Positions 17,168-25,970 are shown, numbered from the stretch's first letter. The stretch: DNA of 64,000 nucleotides from an uncultured Chloroflexia bacterium (GCA_963712165.1 CAVQGY010000002.1:134611-198610); one strand, 5' to 3'. A program made the numbers and translations. Notes: a model not told the origin generated them from the letters alone.

Positions 17168-17739
17168 AAACAAGCTCCCGGCTAAAACCGGGAGCTTGTT
17201 TCAACCCAAGGCGCCCTAAAGGGCGCTTTCTATTTCTATGGAAGTTCCCACTGGTTGCTGAGAGGTCCTAATTGATGGTGTTCTTTTTGATTGATTATGT
17301 ACTTGATTAATCCAGGAAGATCCCGTTTTGAGACCGAAAACGCTCCATAACCTCCCTGCCAGCGAAATCCCAATTCAGGCCTGATCTGATTAGCAATGAC
17401 AAATGAAGTATATCCTTTTACTTCACCCACAATCACTGATACGCTAGCTGATGGATGAAGTTTGAAAAGTAGATGGACATGATCACCTGTGCAACCAAAA
17501 GCAAGTAACTCGGATTTAGCAGTCAATAATCTTTCCCGGATCATACTATCCAAGAATTTTTCGATTTCATTATCTATCCACTGATATCTTTTATAGGTTG
17601 TCCACACAATGTGAAAGTACAACTGAAGATAGGATGATCCCATTGATAACCCCCTTATCTGATACTTCCATCATACAAAAAACCAAGCCCCTCTTCCAGG
17701 GGGGCTTGGTTCGAATTAGCCCGCGGATTCATTCGCGGG
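17168..17739 (-). mobile_element. IS200-like (Y1 transposase) unit, copy 1, with sub-terminal hairpins
   Basis: tnpA is flanked downstream by hairpins at 17168-17201 (14-bp stem) and 17211-17226. Upstream hairpins lie at 17681-17711 and 17720-17739. The same four-hairpin architecture recurs at 19227-19781. Confidence 0.6.
17236..17643 (-). CDS. IS200/IS605-family Y1 (HUH) transposase-like protein
   Basis: 135 aa with HUH motif DHVHLLF, tyrosine motif WQGGYGAFSV and C-terminal KYIINQKEHH. Confidence 0.85.
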   Translation of the reverse strand: MGSSYLQLYFHIVWTTYKRYQWIDNEIEKFLDSMIRERLLTAKSELLAFGCTGDHVHLLFKLHPSASVSVIVGEVKGYTSFVIANQIRPELGFRWQGGYGAFSVSKRDLPGLIKYIINQKEHHQLGPLSNQWELP

Positions 17740-17782
17740 TGCTGAACAAGCTGGAGTTTGTCAGTGTTACTTATAATCAAAA

Positions 17783-17808
17783 AGCGGGATCCTTGTGGAT
17801 CCCGCTTC
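17783..17808 (-). terminator. Hairpin downstream of the serpin gene (probable terminator)
   Basis: AAGCGGGATCC-acaa-GGATCCCGCTT on the minus strand is followed by TTTTGATT. A degenerate copy lies at 19205-19229. Confidence 0.5.
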
Positions 17809-17815
17809 TTACGTA

Positions 17816-19130
17816 TTAGGGACTGACTACCCGCCCCATAAAGAGAATTGAATTGGTCTGGTGATCCCTGATAGCAAACAGGAACGGTCGGTCCACCGTC
17901 AGCTGGATCGGATTCTCAGGTGCAGACGTCAGTTTCATGATCACCGCTGTCGCTGCGGCTGCCTCTGTGCCCTCTTCATCCACCCCAATATAAGCTTTAT
18001 GGAAGACGTCTGAGATGAACAGGTCCTTATCTCCAGTCATACCAGAAAAATCTGCTGCGCCGCTGAAGGCTTCCGGCATGCCCATGGCTGCCAGGATCTT
18101 CGCCAGGCTGATCTCGGTCTCAAACTCGAATTTTGGGAATATCAATTGGACGGGGGCATATGTCATTTCAGAGATGATGTTTTCCAACTCCCGGCTGGAA
18201 AAACCACCCTCGAAATCCTTGAACGATCCCTCGTCTGGCATTAAAACCAGCATGGATACCTGTCCGCCCAGATAAGGAAGAGCCACGGCCTGGAAACCTT
18301 CTCCCTGGTAGTAGGGCAAACTAGCATCCGACCCCAGCCTCATCATTGGCACATCCAGCTCCTCTCCGTCCAGGCCATAGAAGATGCCATTTTCAGTGAG
18401 GGATTCCTCAAAAGGTTCCATCCAGGTCGCCTTGAAGTAGATAGCGTTGCTGAGCACCAGGCGGGTATCGGTTGTCACAGCACCCTCTGGGATCAAGTCC
18501 CTGATCTTTTCTTTGGTCTGATCACTAACCCAGCTGTTTATGGTTAGGCGGGATTCTTCTGGTGCCTGGATATAATCAAGCAGGCGCAGGCCGGCACCGT
18601 AGTTGACCGCCAGGGTATCCAGAAAACTCTCCTCAAATTGGAAATCCTTTTGACCCCAAATCGAATTGGCAATATTCAGCTGGAAGGGATCTCCTTGATC
18701 GTTCGGGATATCCAGCTCGGCCAGTCCCTCCAGGTATTGAGCCAGGGCGTTAAAACCGGCATGGAGTTGGCCATCATTTTCGAGGAAATGGAATACCGCG
18801 GCCATTTCCCTGGCCGTGTTCCCTTCTGCGCCGGCATAGGTCATCGCCAGAGCGGAGGAAATGCTGTAGGGTGAATAGAACAGGTTGCCTTTCAGGGAGG
18901 ACAGCTGTTGGTAAAGGTCCACAGCAAAAGCGTTGTTGCCTTCAGCCAGCTCAGCCAACTCATCCAGAGGATAAGTCCGCCAGATCTTCCCGAGAGAGCT
19001 CGGAAATGACTTCCTGGGGTTTATTTCCTTCCGGCAGAACGGAGCTCCCCTCTGAACAGCCAGACAGGACCATGATCCAAATTCCTGCCAGGACAAGATA
19101 GATGATATTTGATTGCTTTTGGGTCTTCAT
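17816..19130 (-). pseudogene. Serpin (serine protease inhibitor) with lipoprotein signal peptide, interrupted by a frameshift
   Basis: The serpin body (NLFYSPYSISSALAMTYAGAEGNT...GVDEEGTEAAAATAVI...VDRPFLFAIRD...FMGRVVSP) is in one frame. The signal/lipobox (MKTQKQSNIIYLVLAGIWIMVLSGC) is in another frame (18960..19142). The switch occurs between about 18962 and 19010. Confidence 0.75.
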
Positions 19131-19226
19131 TTTATTCTCCATAATAAGTTGATTACTTCCTAAAGTAGGACGTATTTTTTATGGATTTTGTTCCCCTTTA
19201 AGGAAGCGGGATCCTTGAAGGGGTCC

Positions 19227-19781
19227 GCTCCCGGCTGAAACCGGGAGCTATTCCAACCCAAACCACCCTGAAGGGTGATTTCTATGATTCCCATTCCATT
19301 TGTAGATCATCAGACCGATGGTGTTCTTTTTGATTCTCAATATATTTGATCAATCTCGGAATCTCTTTCCGGGAAACTGTAAGCGCACCAAAACCACCCT
19401 GCCAGCGAAAACCACCATCAGGATGAATCTGGTTAGCAATCACATAAGATGAATATCCTTTTATCTCACCGATAATCTCCGAAACACTGATAGCTGGGTG
19501 CATTTTTATCAGGAGGTGAACATGGTCTCTAGTACAACCAAAACAGATCACCTCGGATTGCTTTTCAATTACCTTCTCGTTGATCAATCTCCTTAGATCA
19601 TTCTCTAAATCGTCTGTAATCATTTCAAAGCGCTTATAAGTGCCCCAAATGAAGTGAACAAATAATTGATGATATGTAGATCCCATAAATACCCCCATTT
19701 CAACTATTAATCACAATACAATAAACCAAGTCACTCTTCTAGGGTGGCTTGGTTCGAAAAGGCCGGGGATTCATTCCCGGC
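19227..19781 (-). mobile_element. IS200-like (Y1 transposase) unit, copy 2
   Basis: Hairpins lie at 19227-19248 and 19264-19277 (downstream of tnpA) and at 19724-19754 and 19762-19781 (upstream). The unit is bracketed by the 16-nt direct repeat AACCGGGAGCTATTCC (19239-19254 and 19818-19833). Confidence 0.55.
19282..19686 (-). CDS. IS200-like Y1 transposase paralogue with Phe at the expected tyrosine position
   Basis: The HUH motif DHVHLLI is present, but the motif reads WQGGFGALTV (codon 19390-19392 is TTT). The start is set at the ATG homologous to copy 1 (GGGGGT then ATGGGATC). Confidence 0.8.
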   Translation of the reverse strand: MGSTYHQLFVHFIWGTYKRFEMITDDLENDLRRLINEKVIEKQSEVICFGCTRDHVHLLIKMHPAISVSEIIGEIKGYSSYVIANQIHPDGGFRWQGGFGALTVSRKEIPRLIKYIENQKEHHRSDDLQMEWES

Positions 19782-19826
19782 TGATCAATACAAGGTGGAT
19801 TAAAACGAATTCCAAATAACCGGGAG

Positions 19827-22211
19827 CTATTCCCCGAAGTTCACTACGGTCACGCCATCTCCCCCTTCTCCTTCCTTGCCTCGCTCAAAATGGTCCACTT
19901 GAGGATGATCTTTGAGGGCTTGGCGCACCGCCGAGCGTAATTTCCCGGTGCCCATGCCGTGTATGATCCGGACCCAGGGCATCCGGGCCAGGAATGCTTT
20001 ATCCAGGAAGAATCCCAGATTTTCCAACGCTTCATCAACCTGCTGCCCGCGCAGATCCAGCTCCATTCCCGGCGATTCCACTTCAGTTGGTGTGTAAACT
20101 ACGGATTGGGAAGTTATTTCCAATTTGGGTTCCTCCCCCGCGGGCGTGTGTTCCAGATCCGATTTGCTAGCTCTTACCCTGATATTGCCAACCTGGATTT
20201 CCACATCATTCCCATTGATCGAGAGGACCTTCCCTTTTTTGCCCAATGACCGGAGGTAAACCGTATCTCCTTCGAGAACAGGACCCGAAGGATACGGCAT
20301 AGGGATCTCGGTCCGTTTACCAGGCACAGGCTCAGCCAGGATATCTTCGATTTGCTGGGCTTCCTCTTCTAGGGCATTTACTTCACCCTCAGGCTGATTC
20401 CCCCGATCCATTTCGGAGCGGACAGCTTCCAAACCCTTGCGGAGTTCTATTAATTCATCCTTGGCCTCACGGCGGGTCTTTTCCAGCAAATCAACCCGCT
20501 CATTTTCAATCTCCTGAATGCGGTCTATCAGCTGCCGGCGCAGGGCTTCTGCATCCTTCTGTGCACTTTCAGAGGCCTGCCGGGCACCTTCGGCCAATTT
20601 TCGTTGGCGGCGGATCTCGTCCAGCAGATCATCCGCCTGCAGGTCATCCGGATCAATTGTGCCGCGGGCAGCCTGAATGATCTCCTCCGGCAGCCCAAGC
20701 CGGCTGGCAATCGCCAGGGCATTGGATCTGCCTGGTAAACCAATCGTCAAATGATAGGTGGGTCTCAAGCTTTCGAGGTCAAATTCAACCGAGGCATTTA
20801 CCACTCCTGAATTGGCATGGGCATATGCCTTTAGATCCGGGTGGTGGGTGGTCACCAGGGTAGTGATTCCGCGCTCCAAGAGATGGGACATCAATGAACG
20901 CGCCAGGGCAGCCCCTTCCTGGGGATCGGTACCGGCCCCCAATTCATCAAGGATCACCAGGGATCGGCGATCCATTCTGGCAAGGATATTGATGATATTG
21001 GTAATGTGGCCAGAAAAAGTGGATAGGGACTGTTCAATCGATTGTTCGTCCCCAATATCTGCATAAAGGTTGGAGAATAGGCTGATCTCGGATTTTCCTT
21101 CAGCCGGAATATGCAGCCCGGTCTGGGCCATCAGGACCAGCAATCCCACGGTCTTTAAAGTGACTGTCTTCCCGCCAGTATTGGGGCCGGTGATGATCAT
21201 TGCATAGGTCTGGTCATCTAAAACAACATCGATAGGAACCACATTTTTAGGATCCAACAGCGGATGGCGAGCGCCAAATAACCGCAGGATCACACCGGGG
21301 TGTCCTTTTTCCTGTTTTTTCGGAAAGGGATGGATTTCCGGCCGGTACGCTTTCAGGGCCAAAGCATATCTCCCCCGGGCGAACGCCAGGTCAAGGCGGG
21401 TAAGCACATCCACCATTTCCGCCAGGACCTCTCCATTCTCGGCCACCCGGGCAGTCAGATCAGCCAGGATCCGCCGAATCTCATCCCGTTCATCCAATTC
21501 AAGTTTCCGGAAGAGGTTATTTGCATCCACCATGGCCTGGGGTTCCACATATAATGTCGCTCCGGAAGTGGATTGATCATGTACAATGCCTGGAACGCTG
21601 GCTCTGGCATCCGCTTTGATGGGCAGAACATATCTGCCATTGCGTTGGGTAATTATGGCTTCCTGGAGATGTTTGGCCACATCCGGTCTTTTCAGCAGCT
21701 GGTTCATGCGGGTTTTAAGCCTGCCATGCTGGACATTCAAGTCCTTCCGGATCTGCGCCAGCTTATCAGAAGCACTATCCAGAATCTCTTCCTGGTCTGA
21801 GATCACCCTTGTGATCGAGCTGATCAGTCCCAGGGAATCAGGCAGCTCCTGCACCATGGCTTCCAGGGTTGGGTAATCCCAGTTCTCCCTGTGGAAAATT
21901 CGTTTCAGGCTGCGAACGGCTACCAGTGAATCCTTCACCTCTAAGAGCCTGTTGGGCTCAAGGACCATACCCCTCATCGCATCCGCCACAATTGGCCTCA
22001 GATCCCTGGCTCCACCGACGGTCATCCCGGGGTGCAGGGTAAACAGATCCAGCGCTTCAGCAGTCTCCTGCTGCAGAAGATTGACCTCTTCCAGACCGGT
22101 CGAAGGGACCAGCTCAAGGGCTAGTTCTCGGGCAGGATTAAAGTGACACTGATCTGCCAGTGCCTCCAGGATGCGGGGATATTCCAGGGTTTTTAGAGCT
22201 TTTTGATCCAT
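19827..22211 (-). CDS. mutS2: Endonuclease MutS2
   Basis: 794 aa with Walker A ITGPNTGGKTV, DELGAGTDP and a C-terminal Smr domain (LDLRGQQVDEALENL...IIHGMGTGKLR). Confidence 0.95.
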   Translation of the reverse strand: MDQKALKTLEYPRILEALADQCHFNPARELALELVPSTGLEEVNLLQQETAEALDLFTLHPGMTVGGARDLRPIVADAMRGMVLEPNRLLEVKDSLVAVRSLKRIFHRENWDYPTLEAMVQELPDSLGLISSITRVISDQEEILDSASDKLAQIRKDLNVQHGRLKTRMNQLLKRPDVAKHLQEAIITQRNGRYVLPIKADARASVPGIVHDQSTSGATLYVEPQAMVDANNLFRKLELDERDEIRRILADLTARVAENGEVLAEMVDVLTRLDLAFARGRYALALKAYRPEIHPFPKKQEKGHPGVILRLFGARHPLLDPKNVVPIDVVLDDQTYAMIITGPNTGGKTVTLKTVGLLVLMAQTGLHIPAEGKSEISLFSNLYADIGDEQSIEQSLSTFSGHITNIINILARMDRRSLVILDELGAGTDPQEGAALARSLMSHLLERGITTLVTTHHPDLKAYAHANSGVVNASVEFDLESLRPTYHLTIGLPGRSNALAIASRLGLPEEIIQAARGTIDPDDLQADDLLDEIRRQRKLAEGARQASESAQKDAEALRRQLIDRIQEIENERVDLLEKTRREAKDELIELRKGLEAVRSEMDRGNQPEGEVNALEEEAQQIEDILAEPVPGKRTEIPMPYPSGPVLEGDTVYLRSLGKKGKVLSINGNDVEIQVGNIRVRASKSDLEHTPAGEEPKLEITSQSVVYTPTEVESPGMELDLRGQQVDEALENLGFFLDKAFLARMPWVRIIHGMGTGKLRSAVRQALKDHPQVDHFERGKEGEGGDGVTVVNFGE

Positions 22212-22335
22212 CGCTGTCAGTTTACCATACCAATCGAACGGCTACGCCCTTTTATTACTGACATCCACTGAAAGACCACAAATGGGGTTATAATCGTAAA
22301 TCATTATTCAGGATCAACATACATCGTACAAAATC

Positions 22336-23151
22336 ATGAGCCGTCCAGTCTGGTTTGTCAACTTACTCAAGCGTGTTTATCCCACCCGGCGGCCGATTGC
22401 CCGGCTTACCAAGCTGCCTCTGATCGGGGACCTGGTCGATCACCTGGTATTCCGTGGTGATGAGATGTATGTTCTTCCCAAGGACCAGACGATTCAGATC
22501 CATGCCCCCCTCGACTCCCCAGAAAGCACCGTTATCCCTTCTCAACTGGTCGAGCACTTCATCGAGCAAGCCAACCATCATTGGATCATGGACTTTTGCA
22601 TCTGCCGGGAGGGAGATGGATGCCAGGATTATCCCCAAGATCTGGGCTGCCTCTTCCTCGGCGAACCCGTTCTGCAAATCAATGCCAAAATGGGCAGACT
22701 TGTGACCAAAGAAGAAGCCCTGGCCCATGCCCAGCGCTGCCGGGAAGCAGGCCTGGTGCACCTGATAGGACGTAACCGTCTCGATACGATTTGGTTGGGA
22801 ACTTCCCCATCCGAGGAATTGATGACGATCTGTAACTGCTGCCCTTGCTGCTGTTTGTGGGGATTGGTCACCGACCTCACACCAAAGATCAGCCATAAGA
22901 TCACCAGTATGCCCGGCGTTGAGGTGGTGGTCAATGAGGATTGCACAGGTTGCAGCCTTTGCGCAGACGGCATTTGTTTTGCTGATGCCATTCAGATCAT
23001 CAACGACCGGGCAGAGATCAGCCTGGAATGCCGCGGCTGCGGTCGCTGCGTTGAGGTCTGTCCTGAAAACGCGATCAGCCTGACCATCGAGGGGGTAGAA
23101 AAATACCAGGAAATCCTTCAGCGGCTGGATCAGCTGGTTGATCTGGGGTGA
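22336..23151 (+). CDS. Cys-rich 4Fe-4S dicluster domain protein
   Basis: 271 aa with a CNCCPCCC motif plus CTGCSLCADGIC and CRGCGRCVEVCP ferredoxin motifs. Confidence 0.65.
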   Translation: MSRPVWFVNLLKRVYPTRRPIARLTKLPLIGDLVDHLVFRGDEMYVLPKDQTIQIHAPLDSPESTVIPSQLVEHFIEQANHHWIMDFCICREGDGCQDYPQDLGCLFLGEPVLQINAKMGRLVTKEEALAHAQRCREAGLVHLIGRNRLDTIWLGTSPSEELMTICNCCPCCCLWGLVTDLTPKISHKITSMPGVEVVVNEDCTGCSLCADGICFADAIQIINDRAEISLECRGCGRCVEVCPENAISLTIEGVEKYQEILQRLDQLVDLG

Positions 23152-23179
23152 ATCAGGATCGGATCCTTCGTTCGCTTAT

Positions 23180-23554
23180 CTAAACTTCAAACGAATCTTC
23201 CGGCACCCAGGGGGGCACACATACTGCCAGAAAAATCAGGTCACTCTCCCCCTGATTCTTTATCTGATGAATTTCTTCGGGTTCAATATGGCAAGCTTGA
23301 CCGGATCTTAGTCTAATATCCTCCCCGTCCACACTCATCTGGCCTTCACCCTCTAGAATAAAATATGTCTCCTGGGAAACCTTATGGTAATGCGCCTCGC
23401 TGGATTTTCCTTTGGGGATCACGATCCGGGCCAGGCTGTGGTTGGCATCGGGGGTGGATGCTACCGCCTTCCCGATCAACTCATAGATGATCTCGCCAGT
23501 TCTTGTTTTGAGTGGTTGATTGTCGGTATTGATAGGGGTCAGATACATAATCAA
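23180..23554 (-). CDS. Cupin-domain protein
   Basis: 124 aa with the cupin motifs HYHKVSQETYFILEGEG and HIEPEEIHQIKN. Confidence 0.75.
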   Translation of the reverse strand: MIMYLTPINTDNQPLKTRTGEIIYELIGKAVASTPDANHSLARIVIPKGKSSEAHYHKVSQETYFILEGEGQMSVDGEDIRLRSGQACHIEPEEIHQIKNQGESDLIFLAVCVPPWVPEDSFEV

Positions 23555-23572
23555 GATTCCTTTCCTGTTCGA

Positions 23573-23920
23573 TCAGGACAGATCCGCATAGAGCAATTCA
23601 GTCCTCGCTGCCATAATAAAATCATTCTCGTGCAGCCTCTTGTAAACAAAGGTCCACCAGCGTACTGTGCACTTTCCCCAACTGATCATTAGATCCGGGT
23701 GATGGTCAGCCTCTTCGGATATCCCCGCAACCTTGTTGGCAAAGTTTAACGCCCCCAAAAAATCATCAAACACAAAAATTCGCTCAATGCGCGGATTGCC
23801 TTCCTGGTAAATCATCCTCCATTTGGGCAGCTTTGTTAAGTATCCAGCGATTTGTTCTTCTGTCAATGGCTCATTATATTTTGTGTAACTAAGAATTGAT
23901 TGCTTAGCCAGGTTCTCCAT
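23573..23920 (-). CDS. Pterin-4a-carbinolamine dehydratase-like protein
   Basis: 115 aa with the core FDDFLGALNFANKVAGISEEADHHPDL. Confidence 0.75.
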   Translation of the reverse strand: MENLAKQSILSYTKYNEPLTEEQIAGYLTKLPKWRMIYQEGNPRIERIFVFDDFLGALNFANKVAGISEEADHHPDLMISWGKCTVRWWTFVYKRLHENDFIMAARTELLYADLS

Positions 23921-24410
23921 TTTGATCCTCCATAATAAGTTTTTCCAATTGGGAAAAATGAATATCTACCAGTTCCCGCACAAATCCACCCTTGATCTCA
24001 AATCCCAGTCCCTGGAAAGTTCGCAGCGAACGCTGATTAAAATCTGCAATGGTAACCCTGAAAACCTTTGGCTGATAGCAGACCGCTCCGTAATCCAAAA
24101 CCGCTCCCACAAAATTAGCCCCCAACCCCTGGCCCGTCAGTCCCGGGTGCATGCCTACGCCCACATCCAGGACCTCTGGCTCACCGCAGGAAAAATCCCC
24201 TCCCGGCACCTGGGCATCCATTCCATAGCAGCAATAACCCACCAATTCACCCTCAAGGTCCAGCACGTGGTGATAGCGGTATTCCGGATTCATCAGTCCC
24301 TCCAGGTCTTCAGGACTGAGATCATAAATATCATAAGGAGTCTGGTAGTTCCAGCGAATGATCTCCTCAGCTTTCTCTCTGGTAATGGGAATGATTTGAT
24401 AATCAGCCAA
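23904..24410 (-). CDS. GNAT-family N-acetyltransferase
   Basis: 168 aa with a GNAT-like acetyl-CoA loop, HPGLTGQGLGANFV. It overlaps the downstream gene by 17 nt. Confidence 0.7.
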   Translation of the reverse strand: MADYQIIPITREKAEEIIRWNYQTPYDIYDLSPEDLEGLMNPEYRYHHVLDLEGELVGYCCYGMDAQVPGGDFSCGEPEVLDVGVGMHPGLTGQGLGANFVGAVLDYGAVCYQPKVFRVTIADFNQRSLRTFQGLGFEIKGGFVRELVDIHFSQLEKLIMEDQNGEPG

Positions 24411-24465
24411 AAGAATCCAGCTCCATTCATCAGTGAGTTGAAAAAGTCAAAAGGGAGTCCTTATT

Positions 24466-25623
24466 TCAAACGCTTGTCAGAATATGGGAAATGACCGTTG
24501 CTCCGCTTCCACCAATATTCTGAGTGAGTGCAACTTTTGCCCCATCGATCTGGGCTTTTCCTGCTTCGCCGCGAAGCTGCTGGACGGCTTCCACAACCTG
24601 GTACATCCCAGTCGCACCCACAGGATGTCCCCGAGCTTTTAATCCCCCCAAGGTAGCAATAGGGATCCTGCCTTTTGGTGTTATCTCACCATCCAATGCC
24701 AGGCGAGGCCCCTGGCCGCGTTCAGCAAATCCGCAAGCTTCAAGTGATAGGGCTGCCATGATCGAGAAGGCGTCATGGATCTCAAAGAAATCGATTTGAT
24801 CTGGACCCAGGCCAGCCTGGCGGTAAACCTCCCGGGCTGATAATTCCGCGGCAGTCAGCCAGAGCGGATCATGCCGATCGTGAACCGCCAAACTGTCCGT
24901 CGCGACAGCTGATCCGGCAATTTTCACAACCCGTTTCTGGCTCATCCCTTTGACCAGGTCCAGCGGGACCACGATCGCAGCCGCTGCGCCGTCCCCAATC
25001 GGCGAAGCATCCATCAAATTGATCGGATCAGCCACCATCGTGGCTTTGCTGTATATTTCTTCTGTGATCGGTGATTGGAAGCGGGCATTGGGATTGTTGA
25101 CCCCATTGGCATGAGCATTGATCGAAAATGGTGCGAAGTCCTTGTGCACCCAACCGTATTCATACATATATCTGCGCATGATCAAGGCATTTAGCCCCAC
25201 AAATGTGACCCCGTGAATCCCTTCCCAGTCAGCGCTAGCTGCTGTAGCCAGGGCTGCTGTGGTTTCGCTGGGAGAAGTGTCCGTCATCTTTTCCACTCCC
25301 ACAGCAAGGGCGCTTGAAACCAGACCTGAGCCGACCGCGATCATTGCGGTCCTTAATGCCAGGGCGCCTGAACCACAAGCGGCTTCAACCGTCATAGCCT
25401 CAATACCCCGGAATCCGATCCAGTCGGAAATCAAGGCTCCCAAGTGGCTCTGTTTGTCAAGCTGTCCGGCCATCATATTGCCAACATACAGCGCCTCGAC
25501 CCTACTTATATCGGCATCTTCCAGGGCAGCGAAAATGGCATCGCCGGCCAATTCAACCAGCCGTTTGTCCCAGTGCTCCCCAACAGGCACCTGTCCGATT
25601 CCCAGTATGGCAATTTCCCGCAT
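24466..25623 (-). CDS. Thiolase-domain protein (SCP-x / archaeal-type acetyl-CoA C-acyltransferase)
   Basis: 385 aa with the active-site context VEAACGSGALAL and C-terminal NIGGSGAT. Confidence 0.85.
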   Translation of the reverse strand: MREIAILGIGQVPVGEHWDKRLVELAGDAIFAALEDADISRVEALYVGNMMAGQLDKQSHLGALISDWIGFRGIEAMTVEAACGSGALALRTAMIAVGSGLVSSALAVGVEKMTDTSPSETTAALATAASADWEGIHGVTFVGLNALIMRRYMYEYGWVHKDFAPFSINAHANGVNNPNARFQSPITEEIYSKATMVADPINLMDASPIGDGAAAAIVVPLDLVKGMSQKRVVKIAGSAVATDSLAVHDRHDPLWLTAAELSAREVYRQAGLGPDQIDFFEIHDAFSIMAALSLEACGFAERGQGPRLALDGEITPKGRIPIATLGGLKARGHPVGATGMYQVVEAVQQLRGEAGKAQIDGAKVALTQNIGGSGATVISHILTSV

Positions 25624-25790
25624 AGGTCAATCATCCTTCACCAGCCCTGCGGGCTGGCCGAATCCAAGCTTCTATCCCCTATTATGGTTATCTATTCTCT
25701 CAAATTCTATCAGATTCATGAATCTACTCTCCGTCACCCTCCTGACAGACAGATCCAAAACACCTTGTTTAACGAAAACACTACAAGGAT

Positions 25791-25970
25791 CTAGGCAAAA
25801 AGGACCATGATGTTGGCCAGGACGATCAGGGCCAAAGCAAAACCCATTCCAACCTGGCTGCCTGACTCCGCCATTGGATAGAGTATCAGGGCTGGAAGGA
25901 TCAGGAGCAGAAAGAGGACCAGGAAAAAACGAGCAGGGCGAGACCGGATGGACTGTATGATTCTATTCAT
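25791..25970 (-). CDS. Small (59-aa) two-TM membrane protein, translationally coupled to the lactate permease gene
   Basis: The sequence is MNRIIQSIRSRPARFFLVLFLLLILPALILYPMAESGSQVGMGFALALIVLANIMVLFA. Its ATG overlaps the upstream stop (ATGA). It is below the 60-aa ORF-track cutoff. Confidence 0.4.
   Translation of the reverse strand: MNRIIQSIRSRPARFFLVLFLLLILPALILYPMAESGSQVGMGFALALIVLANIMVLFA

Noticed and set aside
17168-19781. Classical composite transposon carrying the serpin
   Set aside because: IS200/IS605-type elements transpose as single strands and do not form inverted-repeat composite transposons. The two copies are strongly diverged. I kept this only as an islet hypothesis.
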